This document shows, one piece after another, positions 11,051-24,700 of a stretch of DNA of 64,000 nucleotides. The DNA is taken from assembly GCA_964019335.1 (NCBI GenBank), contig OZ025665.1, positions 620,001 through 684,000 of the forward strand, in the 5' to 3' direction. Source of the stretch: Diplonema japonicum (taxonomy: Eukaryota > Protista > Euglenozoa: Diplonemea). A model generated the notes under the pieces. That model was not told the DNA's origin and did no database searches. It saw only the letters and a list, made by a program, of their open reading frames with translations. The stretch's first letter is position 1. Every line of letters starts with the position of its first letter. Made by a program: the position numbers and the translations under genes.

Positions 11051-12559
11051 CTACGAAGGAGGAAGATGTGGAGATGCCTTCCCATCACGGTAGCAGAAAC
11101 AATTCAGATCGGAACGAACCGTTGAGGGGTCACAGTCTAATAGCATCACAGCAAGATGTTCCGGTTGGCTGAAGGAATTTTCACGAAGCTGCAACTGGGT
11201 CAGACTCTTTGAATTGCGCAACGACACCGCACAACCCTTAGACACAAAGACGTTCTCCGTAACGTTAGCATTAAAAGGATTCCCAAGAACAGGTATCGCA
11301 AGACAATTACCTTCCTCCTCCGAGCGAAGTTCGTTTCTCGAAATCTGTAGAGTGCCAACATGTGGCGAATCGCCGGAGTGGAGCAATTTCAAACAACTCC
11401 CGTGGCTCGGCCCGATTTTGGAATCGTTCAATACAACAGAAGCGGTTCCAGATATTTGCAGATTAGTGATGTCCAAACCCTCTAAAACAGCAGAGGCTCG
11501 CTTCTGGACAACGATACCACCTGATGTTGTCCCCTTTACACGGCTTCGCGATATTGAGCAGGTACCCTGTACAATCTTAACTCCTGTTGAAAACCCGGAA
11601 ATATTGCACAGGTTGATCGAGGTTGTCACACAGTCAGCGACGTGGACACCATAAGGAGCTTCACCCCTGCCTTTACTATTCCGTAGATTGTCTCTATCCA
11701 TGAACAGCGATCCACCGCTTTGCAAAATGCTTCCGGTGATTTCAGTGTTTTCAATGCAGACCTCGGCGGTGTCTGACACATGAACTGCCACACCACCTGA
11801 CGTCAAAATGAGATTTCTCAATACAACACTCCCGCTTGTTATATGCAGCATGGTGTAGGCACTGGACGAACCAGATGAAATGGTGCCTAGTCTGTCTGTG
11901 GCCGTGTCGAGTATCCCGTAGATCGTAACAGGACGTGTTACCTTAAGGGTTGTTGGGACAAAGTAAGATCCTTTGATGGCAATGCAGTCTCCAGGTCGGG
12001 AACTCTCGATCGCTGACGACAATGAAGAAAATTTCTGTTGCACTCTATATCGGTATGGGATGTTGAGATCGTGCCGTCGCCGTGTGGCGTCTTCCTCGCA
12101 CACCTGAGCACCGTTTTCCACATACCGCACAGTGGGCAGCCATGACACGACTTCCCTCAGTAAATCGGGTATTAAGTAGTGTTGAGGTGCTGTTGAATAT
12201 AGACGAGGGGGTCTGAGGCATGGGTGTGCTTCCCGCCATTTATCTAGGATTTCATCAGCGTGAGTGGCGCTTCGCTTCAGCCTCATTGTGGAGAGGTACA
12301 GGATCATGATGGCTTGGCGGTATGTATCGTTGCTTTGTGGGTTGGTCCCAGTTAGGATGTTGCTTTTGACTTCGAACAGGCTTCTGACTTGCAGCGGTGG
12401 GGGGACGGGTGCTGCCGGTGTTGGCGTTGCGGGTGTGGCCGTCGTTGTCGTCGCGGGCACCACGGTGCTTCCGAAGAGCGACCTCTTGCGATCCTCCATT
12501 TTTTCCTTCTGCTTCGCCACTAGGTCCGCGATCCCTTTGCTCGACAGCAGCGACGCCAT
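11051..12559 (-). CDS. Hypothetical protein with right-handed parallel beta-helix (pectin-lyase-like) repeats
   Basis: 502-aa ORF; FSSLSSAIESSRPGDCIAIKGSY cap motif followed by I/V-x-N/G beta-helix-like repeats. Confidence 0.7.
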   Translation of the reverse strand: MASLLSSKGIADLVAKQKEKMEDRKRSLFGSTVVPATTTTATPATPTPAAPVPPPLQVRSLFEVKSNILTGTNPQSNDTYRQAIMILYLSTMRLKRSATHADEILDKWREAHPCLRPPRLYSTAPQHYLIPDLLREVVSWLPTVRYVENGAQVCEEDATRRRHDLNIPYRYRVQQKFSSLSSAIESSRPGDCIAIKGSYFVPTTLKVTRPVTIYGILDTATDRLGTISSGSSSAYTMLHITSGSVVLRNLILTSGGVAVHVSDTAEVCIENTEITGSILQSGGSLFMDRDNLRNSKGRGEAPYGVHVADCVTTSINLCNISGFSTGVKIVQGTCSISRSRVKGTTSGGIVVQKRASAVLEGLDITNLQISGTASVVLNDSKIGPSHGSCLKLLHSGDSPHVGTLQISRNELRSEEEGNCLAIPVLGNPFNANVTENVFVSKGCAVSLRNSKSLTQLQLRENSFSQPEHLAVMLLDCDPSTVRSDLNCFCYRDGKASPHLPPS

Positions 12560-12746
12560 TCTTTTTTTTTTTTTTTCTTACCCTTTTTTTTTGATTTTTT
12601 TTTTTGAAATGAGAATACAATGGAAAGAATGGGGCGAGGGGAGGGGTAAAGAGAAAAAAAAAAAAAAAGAAATTTTCATAGAAATGAAATTCTTACAGGA
12701 GGGGAATCTATTTCGAGCTGGAAGAAGAAAAAAAAAAAACTTTGTT

Positions 12747-15700
12747 TCACCAAAAATAACATAAGACTGTCGCGAGCACGACAAGAAGGCAACGCACGGC
12801 TAAGCCCTGCGGCTCACATACAGAACCCATCGATATGGGAGACAAGTACGACCCGGGAGGGAAGATAGGGGTAAAGTACTCAGAAGGAGCAGGGGTCGGC
12901 TGCTGGGTGAGAACAGGAGCAAAAGAAGAAATAAACGCCGTATCCGGATTCAAGGAGTACGCACGCCGCAAGGGCGAAGCAGGGTCTGAAATAGCCGCAC
13001 GACAAGCTGAAAAAATATCATTTGACAAGAAAGTATCCGTGGGGCTAGGCACAATAACGGAAAACTCCACCACCGTAGAGCAACCCGAAGCTTGGCAATC
13101 TTCAACGGAAAGAACAGATGCATCCCTAACGGTCAGATCCCGGCATATAGAAGGGGTTTGTCTATCTGTTTCGGTCAACCCCTCAGCTAACTTTGATATT
13201 GGTTTCGAGCACAAATAAACCAACACCACGTCTTTCAGATCGCTGGGATACTTAGCGTACCCTTTGAGAGAGTCCAGCAGAACCATTTCCATCTTTGTCT
13301 TCTCCGTCTCGTCAAACCCAAACGCCTCCAGGTACCCCATGTCCAATACAATACTGGGCTGTGTTGGTGTTGTAATGTTATCCCGCATCCCCAACCCAGG
13401 GGCGACATTTGGTATGTTTTCCATTACTTGAAAGACAGTCGTCTTTAAGAACAGAGTTCTCGGCACGCCGAGGATTTCACATTTGAAGCTCAGGACGGCT
13501 TTGGAGCAGGAACCATAAAACGCTATTTTTGTGAATCTCGAGAAGCCTTGTACAGCAGTTGACGTGTTCCATCCGTCAGGGGTGTTGACTTGACTTCCGG
13601 ACACACCGCCTAGCTTGCCGACTCTGAACTGGACGAACCCTTCCAAGCACTCTCCAGACACGGTCACGGTGCTGAAGTCATCGCCCTGCAGTGCCATGTT
13701 GTCAGAATCGCGAATTGATATTAATAAATCTAACGCGGTATTGCTCAGCACCGTTGCTTCGATGGCAGCTTCTTCAAGTTGGAGGTGGTGTGCCTCTTGC
13801 ATTATCAACCCGAAGTCGTGTTGGAACTCCTCTGTGACGAGCCTTGCCTTCACAAACCCAAGCCTTGCCCCCATGTAAACCGTCGTGCGGGTGATCCCAA
13901 CTCCGTTTTGTATCATCGTTGTGCGGTTCTGTGGGATTTGCGACAAGCACCCCACCCTCTGCACCCCCAGCTTTGCTGTCACCCATGTGAGTACCCCATT
14001 GTACACGGTGCTGTGAGTTGCATTGGTGGCTTGGAGTAGCATTCGCACCACCTTCGATCCGTACACCACCTCCACTTCGTCTCCTACCTTTGGTTCTTCT
14101 GAACACGAGAACCAATGTGTTGTCTTGCACTGTGGTATGGTGTTGTTGCTGCACGGCATGGTGTCATGCCCCCTCCATGTCTGGTTGCCTTGCAACGGCG
14201 GCATGCATGAGGTTGCCAGCCACCTATGATCCTTGTCCGTCTCCATGCATGATATCTCGTAAGGGTCGAAGGACACTTCCCCGTTGTACGAGACGATGGC
14301 ACGTTCGGGGGAATCGTCTGTGACTTGAATCTTGAACTGCATCCACAGCCCTGTCGCCCAGTGCGTTGAGGGTGTCACGTCGCGCCAAGGAAACTCTTCA
14401 ACTCCCAAGAACGGGACCATCCTGTACTGCACCCGCACGTTTGCGATGCCAGGGACAACATGCAAAGGTGGGAGCCGCACTGCCATGCCGCCCTCGACGC
14501 TGACCGTCACTTCCCACGGAACGGAATCCGTGCTCTGCTTGGGTTTGAAGTAGACAACCCCTGTCCCTCTCGCCACCGTAACGAACTCTTTCACAAAAAC
14601 ACCCAACCTCACCGCCTGCAGTTTGACAACAGTCTGGAAATCTCCGTAGGCCACGCTGCCCTCAGCAGTCAGCATCGCCACCTGTACCCCCACAACCCTC
14701 CCCACCACGGCTGTAGCAACACTCGTGCTCGCTTCGAGTCCTGTGTAGTTCACAGGAGGACTGTTTGGGTCCAGCGATTGCGGGAGTACCTTCAAGCTGA
14801 CAGGTTCAGTCCCTGTCACCTTCAGGGAGCCCGGCAGCAGCGTGCTCGACGGGATCACAGGCAACCCGAAGCGCTGGAGTCCAACGATCTCGCAGGGCAG
14901 CTGAGCGAAGCTGCCATTCATCACGATGACAGTGCCGTACTGGTTGAGGTGGTTGTTGTGCGGTGTCCAGCAGTCCTGCGGTATTGACGCGAACCCTGCG
15001 TCCTCCAGTCCCAGGCTCGGCCAGGTGACCAAACCTCCTATGTTAGACTCGTCGTACTGCTGCGTGTATGCACGGAGGATAACCTGTGCAAACCGATGGA
15101 GTCGTGACACGGCAGTCTTCCTGAGCGTGGACGGGGAGCCTGTGATGAGCAGCGTGGGAGATGTCGAGAAGACCCACGTATGCCGCTCCGACAGGAACAC
15201 GTGGAAGACTAGTGTTCTGGGTGTGAAGTTATCGTGTTGAAGCAACGCAGTGCAAGTACCTGTGCGCTCGCGCAGGCCGTTCACCAGTACATTAAATACA
15301 GCAAGACTGCCAGTAAATTGCACCACCTGATCATCGACGACGCAGCCTTTGCAGGTACTGCAGTCGAAGGTGATGTTGAGGTTGGCCGTTCCATATCCAG
15401 CACGGTGTGTTGTGAGGCCACCCAGTGCATCTACCACCTCCCCGATAGCGTAGACAGGCACGCTGATGGGGATCTCGGGGAAGATGTTGTACGGTTCGGA
15501 GTCCTGCACCTCCATGTCGGTGGCCTCGATGACGCGCGAGATAACAGGCGGCAAGCCCCCCTTCCCCCACTGTTTCGTTGGCAGCACGGTCCCGTCCGAC
15601 AGCGTGAACTGCAGCTCGTAGGAGCTCATGACCATACCCGACACAGTTACCCTGACCACCCCAGGAGGGGTGCCCTCCCCGCAGAGGGCACCATGAGGAA

Positions 15701-18700
15701 TTCCATTCACAAAACACGTGCCTTCCACGTGAATCACAGGGTCCTCTTTTGGGATGTCCGACCGCCACGTGATGACAGTGGTACTAGGGGGTTTGTTTAG
15801 TGAGAGCGAGACATTCTGGATTACAGGAGGGTTCGGATGCCACGACAAGGGGGTGGGGCCACCCAGCGAGAACGAGCGGTCTCCTGTGTCGTCAGCTGCG
15901 TACACCGTGAAGGTGAAGGTGGAGGTGTCGTTGCAGCAGTCTTGTTGGAGAGGGGTGTGTGGGAGGGCAACGAGCTGTGTGGGCAGCGACAGGATGGCTA
16001 CCTTGTGTGTGTACGTTGCGAACTTGACGAGGCACTCGTAGCAGCTGCGCGATGCCTGCAGCTTGACCATCGCGACGCCATTGTCGGCAAGAGCTGAGCC
16101 GTTCGAGATAGGCGACATTAGCGTCCACACCCCACCACCGCCGTTGCCACCCTCCACTTCGGGAATGCTCACTTCAGCCCAGACATTTCCCTCCTCGTCC
16201 CATGCTGACTGGTGGTTCATGTCCACACGCCACGCTGTCAACGAAAAGGGTCTCCGTTTTGTCACGGACGGCAGCGGGACACCTGCTAGCAGCCACTTCA
16301 CTCCACATGTTGTGACCCTGTACCGCAGCACTGCTCCTGCTTGGTCGCGCAATGGAAACATCTGCGTGGCACCGTTCATGACAGAGTGCACCCACACTTC
16401 GCACCCGTCGCAAGGCCGCACAAACATAAACCCAGTTTCTTTTCCCACCTCCAGCGCGACACCGAACTTGCTGGCGTGGTCGAACTCCGTAGGGTGGATG
16501 CTGCACGACCCGCTTGTGCCCTTCAGCATCGAGAGGAAAGCGCCGTTGCCATATTTAGCTTTAGAAGAAACGAACTCCGTCATCCCAGCCCATTTGTTCA
16601 CAATGTATGCCTTGTAGTTGGCACTAACAGGGAAGGCCCATGAGTTCATCTGCACAACAGTCTTGACTCGCACCGTGAAAGGGTCACCAACCTGAATAAT
16701 GGACCCCGACGGGAGCAGCTGCTCGGATACGACAACAGACGATGCACTGCCTACCTCGACTGTGAAGGGTTTCGTGACAAACGTGCGGTCAGCAGGTGAG
16801 GGCCCGTTCGGCAGCGCTGCTTCAGGAAGACACGTCCCCTCATTGACAGCACCTGGCGCACAGAGCTGAAATTTCAAAACACACGCCTGGCAAGGCTCGG
16901 AGAAAACACCCCACACTGAAGCAACACCCCCTTCAAGCACAGCTGATGAGACTGGTTTGAAGGAGCTCAAGGAGTCGATGGTACCCTTAGGAACCTGCAG
17001 GGAGAAGACACCACCTGTGCCGCATCCATGTGTAGGCTGAATCACGCTTACCAAGACAATGGAACGTGTGTATGCCCATGCTCTACCACCGTTGGCAGGT
17101 TCGATGTATATCTGGATAGGAAAGGGGATGTTTTGCAGCGCCTGTGAATAGTAGACACCCCTACCAGCGTCGGGGGAGATAGTGAGGTACCCATTGCTGT
17201 TGGTGTTCATGCCGACGGTCATGGGGCACTCTGAGAAGTCGGTGATGACGTCGCTTACGCGCAGCCCCACGTACTCGAGGGAGGGGTACCGCGTGGAGTA
17301 CTCCCTGCCCGTCGTGGCGGGGAGCAGAGCCGCCCCATTCACAGTGCCCTCTAGAGAGAAGGATGCGTAGTCCACTTCATTTAAAATAGAAAACGTGAAG
17401 CGGATCCCAAACTCAGACACCAGCGTGTTGCTCTTTGTGATTGTCTTCATGGCCTCATTAGCGGTGGCATCCACGAGGGTCGTCTGTCCGCCGTTGTGGT
17501 AGAGAGTCATGGAGGCGTCCGTATCATATTCTAGATAGTGGGTGTCCCCTAGGGTGAAGTAAACCACGCCCCAAACGACAACGATGGACACCTCACGGCC
17601 ACATGAGTAGTGAGCAACGAGCCCCCCTGGGTTGAGCACCACGTTGGACTCTGTCAAACCGGTGGCCATTGTCGCGGCGACGCTGTAGATACCCACTTGG
17701 TACTGCGGTGTGGGGTGCCGCACCCACAGGCGGACAGTAACACACCCCGGTGAGACCACCTCCTCGGCAGTGCCCGACGAGACCGCGCAGATTTCAATCG
17801 AAGCATCTCGCACAGGTCTGGGGTCGGTTACATCTAAGAATATAATACCTCTCCCGTCCCTTGCAGTGTGCGACGCGTTTATATACCTTGTGAATTTCAC
17901 AGGGCCATACGACCCGTAGGTGTAATTTTTCTTCACACCCGAGTCATCTGTACCGTGCTTGTCCTCATACATGGGCTTCAACACATACCCTGTAGACGTT
18001 GTGCAGAGCCCAGTGTCCGTGACCCCCTCGCAAACGTACTGAGGCAGGTTTCCGTTGACACGCACTGAAATGTTGTAATGTCTGTAGTCACGCACGACCA
18101 CTGAGGATGTGGTGTTCCAGAACAGTACCTCAAACTCCAACCTATTTGCGGTGGTCTGTACTAACCATTCTTGGCAGTTGCAGCTACTTGCTGTGCAGGG
18201 ACACAGAGCAGTACCCCCTGTCACAGAGGCGACTGTCAAAGAAGAGACGTTAGTGATAATGACGGGGTTGAGGCCGAGAGGTGTCGCACAGGTGTAAACG
18301 ATGGAGGTGCTGTCTTGAGCAAAGGCGAGGACGCGGAAGGTAACGTCAATAGTAGTGAGGATCTTCGGGGGGTTTTGACCGGTGGCAATCAGGTTGAAGA
18401 CGGCAGTGCTTCCATCAGCTGTGCTTTGCATCTGCGTGGAGGCTGTAACCATGCTGGGGCTCCCTACCACCTCGAGCCTGTACGATGGGTTGCTAACCCC
18501 GTCCACCAGGTCGACGAGTACCCACCACTCAGGCCACACAGTGTTCTGCCCAGATGCCGACTTCGGCCACACAGACACTTGGAAGGCATCACTTTTGAGG
18601 GTGTCGTCCTTCCAGTCGATGCTCTGCAGGGACACGTCACAGCCCACACCCACCGTCCCGTCCATGAAAGTGACTGTAATGCGTCCGAAGACGCCCGATG

Positions 18701-21700
18701 GGGACGCACCGTAGTCGCTGTGGAAAGTAAAGCTACATTGGGAGCAGGGGCGAGTGACGCGTAGGGACCACTCAGCGCCCCACACACCGTGCACTGTGTC
18801 GTTGATCGTGCGCGTAATGGTAGCCAGTGTATGGCGCGTGGTGCCACCCACGATTTCGATGCCGTCTGAAGAGCGCACACCGTCAGCACCATCGATAAGA
18901 GCAAAGATGTCCCCGTAGTGAAACTCGTCGTTGATGAAGACGTTGTCGAGGACAGAGCCAGGGATGACCACCACAGGCAGCCCTGTCCGCATGTAGGTGC
19001 TGGTCATCGGAGCTGCGCTGAGCGTTTTTGTAAAGATATCCTCTGATGGCATTACGATCCGCAAGGTGCTGGCTGGGACCCGCACAGGGGTCCGTATCGT
19101 CGCCACCCGTACATGCCCCAGCACGTCCCGCACAAATAACTGCACATCACAACCCTTTCCCTTTGGCTCTGTTGTGATCGGCCTGTTGTCATTGAGCCTG
19201 GAACACCCAACACCGCCCGCGATCACAAAGGATACCCGCCACAACCCACCCGTTCCTACCTCTGGGCTCTCCCATCCCACCTCACTCCCATTCATATTTG
19301 TAGCATATGTTGCTCCCTTGCTTGAAACACCCACTTTCACGTTCAACCCTTCTGTGTCTTCCAGCACCCCGCCACTTGCATCCTTCACCTGGTAGTCTAT
19401 CCTGTACGGCACGCCAACCTGAAGGTAACTACCGTCCGCCGCTTCCAGCAAACTGCTTGGTTCTGCATACGCGTTGCTAGAAGATGTAGCTGGTTCCCAT
19501 GTTGGTGCCGGCGGTGAGCCTTTCCCTCGGAAGTCGCCTTCAATATCGATGGGCACCACCAAATGGGTCAACACCACCTCTGGCATCTTTCGTATGATAT
19601 TGATGCTGAACACTGTAGAGGCACCACTCTCAAGCTCTGCCTTCAGCACGACGGACGCGCGGACCGTAGCATCGCTCAGCACCGGCACAAGCGACAAGAA
19701 AGATCTCCCATAGCGGTCCCATGATAACTTTGCAGGATTGGCCAATCCCAACTGCGTGATTTGCCCGCTGAGAGGCTCGTAACTAAAGCTGATGTATCCC
19801 AAAGCTGCAAAGAGCCTTGGTCCGTTTTTGCGGGCCGTTACGATAGAAGTGCAATGTGTGTTGTGGATGCACGTAACGCTCACATTGCAACCCTTCTCGA
19901 CGGCGGTGCAGGAAGGGACCTTCACGTCATCCACGGAGATGGAATCAGGGTAGAGAGGCGTGTTTAGAAGCTTGAGGGTCTGAGAAGCCACGCGGATGGT
20001 GTTCATGGTAGAAAAAAAGCGGATAATGCAGCCGATGCTAGGGCACAGTGACTCGACGCTGATGTGGTGCTGGATGGTGCCGTAAGGGGAGAAGAGCTGC
20101 CTGCGACCCCAGGGCTCCCAGCCGTATCGGGTGGCAGTGTCTCCTGTACATGTTGAGATGCTCACAAGTGAGAATGGCCGTTGGTTCAGGTCAGCAGCAC
20201 ATGTTTCATCAGCACACAACGCAAGCGTCACGAGTCCTCTTGCTACCACTGCCCGGGTGTCCACAGCAGCAGCGACTTGCACGTGGATGAGCTCCCCTGG
20301 CGCCATGTGCACAGGACCCGACAGGTCGTGCGTCGTAGAGGTCAGCAGTAAGTTGTTGATCTCACCTGCCTCCATCCAGAAGAAGGACCCGCCGCCGTAT
20401 GCAGTGGGCCCCTTGTTCCAAGCAGTGTACGCAACCCCTTTCTTTGTTATGTACGGCCCTTTCATTGCTTGTGCAGCCTTGTACACGCACACCTTGAAGA
20501 TCGATGATGTGGACCCAGCAGGTGGGAACTTGAAGTACTTCTCCTCTCCTGATACCGACGCCGCTATCATGTCCCCTGCATATGAGTCCATCGCGAACCA
20601 CCCTGCTGTGTCCTGCACAGGCGGGTGGCACACTTCGTTCTCTTGTAGCAGCTTCACCATATCTCCGCAGCCCGGACCACACCAGCCTTGCAGTGTTTCC
20701 TTCCCCACCCAGCTCACCCTCAGGTCGTACACAGTGAGGTTCACAGTCGAGTCCTGCGTGTACTCGAGGTAGCTGGGCACTGTACGGATCTCAGCACCGC
20801 CCTCCCTTGAAGGTACCTTCAACCAAGGACCGTTGCGAATCTTCACGCATAGGTAGTATCCACCTGGGGAAGGGAGCGTCATCTCCATGACGTAGCGAAA
20901 GCTGCCCTGCAGGTACCCCCTCACACATGTGGTACACGAGGTGTTAGTCGGAGTGGTGAGTCGTGCGGCAGGTGCTTTGCACACGGCCTCTATGGTAGAA
21001 GCCACCGCTCCCCATAACCAGCCGTTGCCGGAAGAGTTCAATGGTACCCGCAAGTCCGGTACTGTGACACGAACAAGCTTGAAAGTAACACCGGCGACAT
21101 TGGGGGAACTGAAAACAACCGAGAACCCAGGCTGGCTGGGTTGGGTTTGCAGAGCAGTTGAAGCACCTGCGACACCAAGCATGTAGGAGTTCAGCCCCAT
21201 GTTGTAGAAGGGGGAGAGGGAGGGGTGCAGGTCGAAGTGGGAGACGTGTGAAGGTGAAGTCCGGAAGGGCGCCCCTAGTGAGGGAACTGCTTCAACCCAT
21301 ACCCACTTGTCAAGAGACTTGAAGTAGCTAAAGACGCAAACATGGTATGTTTGAGGTGCGTCACCAGGTGCAGCTGGGATGTCAATGGTGAAGGATGCAA
21401 TGGAGTTAGGTCCGTCACCAGGACCGAGGTTGGTTACGAGACGTCCTATGGGTGTGGGGCCGGTGTCGGGTGCTTGACATGTGGCGTACTCTGAGATGAG
21501 CATGGCTTTGTCCATTCCCGGTGAGGTGTTGAGGACACCTCCGTCGGTACGTGTCAGTCTGATGGTGATGCTGCCCATGTTAGTAAGGGGGTCTTCTGCT
21601 AGCCACGAGATACCATTGCTTGTGACAGTGTACACGCCAACTGTCATCCAGCTGACGTCCATGTAGTAAGATGTTACAAACCGCAGGCATAGCCAATAGT

Positions 21701-24700
21701 CACCACTATTCTGTGGGACGAGCATGTTCAGCACACCAGGTATCGTCATGCGTGTGGCAGAGGCTGTGCTGTTGGTGGCTGTCCCTGCTGGTGGGTTCAT
21801 GCAGTTGTCGTTGGCTGCCTCAGGAACACGCCGCACCATCTTCCCTAGGACTTCTTGGAAGGTACCGGATACTACGGTAAATACTTGATGTGAGGAGCCG
21901 ATGAGGCTGGCCTCAGGACCGGGCTCGATAGTGACCTGCAATCCCTGTGGCTGCCATCCTTGGCCGGGGGAAAAACCGGATGCGTCACGCATGATCCGTA
22001 GCCACCCCGAGTGAAACATCTTATAACAGATAGAGTAAACTGACAGGCCTTGTGCGGGGATCTTGAAGAGCCCTACTGTCCCGAACAGCTTCACGCCGTG
22101 TGCGTCGTAAGGTGTGATGTCGTCAAGCACGTCGGGCGTCACCTCCAAGTACCTCGCTTCTTCGTCAGCTGTCATCTTGTGCTGGTTGCAAGGATACGTG
22201 AACGCTCCTGAAGTATTCACGATCCCATAGCCAGGGTTCCTGCAGTATGGCTGCAAGTGGTTGTCTGTCGCAGTGGGTGGTAGATCCGACATGCAAGAGT
22301 TCGGCTCCTGCTGGAGGCTTGTGATGGGGAACCAGGCGTTGTAGAACCCGTCGATGCCGAAGGACATGCGAACGTTCGAGGCTTGGAAGTCCCAAATCAG
22401 TCCGAATTCACCCAAATACGCAAAGCTCTGTGGGACCGTGGGCGGCCCGATGACCAAGACCTTCTCACCCAGCCGCAGTGGGACATAAGAAGGCATTAGC
22501 CAGGCTTCATCCAAGGTGGACAGGTCGCCTTTCGGATCGGTGAAGACAAACACGGCGTCCATCCCCTCACGGTCCTCGATGTTGCTGACTGTGATGAGAG
22601 GCTTCGGGAGAAGAGTCAGCGGTTCTGCCATGGCAGAGGATCGCTTGTTGGACAGCTCGTCGGCATGCGGCGGAGAAACCCAGTTCGCGAGCCCTTGCCG
22701 GAAGCAAATTCTGGCAGGCTTCTTAAGTACTTCGCCTCGAGGCATGGCGAGGGTGAAAACAAGACCTAGCCCATCACTTGCAGCTTTTCCCCTCGTGCTC
22801 TCGGTGCTGTTTCGAGACATTAGCTCCTCTTGCATGTACTGCCCGTCGCAAGGCGACTCGTAGTCCACCACACGCAGCGACACATCAGCCCCCAGCTTGC
22901 CTGCAATAGGCGCAACGTTGATGACGCACTCCACCTCAGCACGCGTCTCATTCTGCCCTTCCCACCATACCACAAACGGCGTAGGCTCTTTCAGTGCAAA
23001 GTACCTCCCGGGTACCAAGTTCTGTTCCGTATAGTTCAGCCCTCCATAGTAGGGGTGCACAGGATTGGCCGCATCGAAGCTCAGGACCCTCCACAAGCCC
23101 ACGTCACCGTTCTTCCTGTAGCATATTTGGAAGATGCCATCGGAAGGAATGTACAAGCTTGAGAAAGTAGCATTGCCCACCAGCCGCATGTAGTCATCAG
23201 GGTCGGTCGGGTCTCCTGTAAGGTGCGTGCTGCCGTCGACATATGGCGACGTGTTGTCAAGTGTCCCAAAGCACCCTGAGTCCACCATGATCTCACCGAG
23301 GTACCTTGCGGTGGACAGGCGGAAGGCATCGCCCGCGGGGTTGAGGTTGTGTGTGTTCGTTGTGGGGAAACGCTTCAGCCATTCACCTTTAAAATGGATT
23401 ACACCCCATGTCTCGGGGGTGAGGTCGTACATCACCCACGTCATTGTCTCGTTCAGCACCACAAGCGATGAGTCCCCGGACTTCCCATCGCACGCTGTTG
23501 TAGCGTTCGTGCAGGGGAAGATCTTCCGCCACACAGGAGACGTGTCTAAAGTAGCTCGTGCAACAATGGTTGAACGGGACTCCTGTGTCGACAAGCACAC
23601 ATCGTATTCTCCTGGGTCGGGCAGCTTCACGTACGCATAGGCCCTCTTCAGCCCGTCACTGTCGGCAGACATAGTTTGCGATGACCACGACCCAGTGAAG
23701 GGGCTCTCCGCCCCCAGCCCAAATCTGCCCAACCCACCGATTCCGGTTCCTTCGTAGTACCTGCTCAGCCCCGCTGTTGTCCACGACCCATCTGACGACA
23801 CCAAGTGTGACCCAGGGAACTCGTACCCTACCTGCTGCCTGTCAAGCCCGCTGCATAGCGTGCCTTTCGGGACAAGCTTCATCACGTCCCCCGTCGCGCA
23901 ATCTGTGGCTCCCGCAGAAGCACACAACGAGCTTGGCACCGTGAAGCTCCATGACTCGACAGACACGAACTTCAGCGGGAGGTAGCCCCCAGACGTCGCT
24001 ACAGAGGGGGGCTGGAAGAACGCGTACGACTGCAACGCCTGATGCCACCACTTGCCACTAGGATGGGAGTTCACGAAGTAGCCGCCGAAGGCAAGCAGCA
24101 CCCACTCGCCAGGGTTGGAGTACCCAAAGCCCTCATCCATGTATCGCAAACAGAACAAAAACTGTATCTCCGCAAATGGAGCTGAGAATGTGAAGTACGC
24201 CTCGTTGGTGTACACACGGGAGTCGTAGAGGCGCAAGCCGAACTGGTCCATTTCACTCAGAGGTGTGACGCTCCCGACGTAATTAGCGCAGTCCCACGGC
24301 TTGTCCAGTTTCCAGTTCACTTCGAACATCTTGATGGCAAGGGACCCGATGCGTGACGTGTTGAAGGTGGCTAGGACCTGCTGCGTGTCGCCATGCAGCG
24401 TACTGCTCACTTTCATGCGCACCTCTTGACCCTCGTAATAGCTGTTTGTCGAAAAGGAAGCTGTGAAGTTATTCATGCGGACCCAGCTCCCTGTTGCCGA
24501 CTGCGTGACGGTAGGGAGCGTCAGTGACTCGCTATACGTGTCGGTGCGGGACACTGTGGCAGTGCCCGTGTTGATGGTGATACTGTGAGACCGTGTGACG
24601 GTGATGGTGAAGGACGCGGACAAGGTAGGGAATGAGGCAGAATGTGAGAGAGAGAAGGTCGGGGAGGCAGTGAGGGATGCAGTGGGAAGACTCAGAGAGA

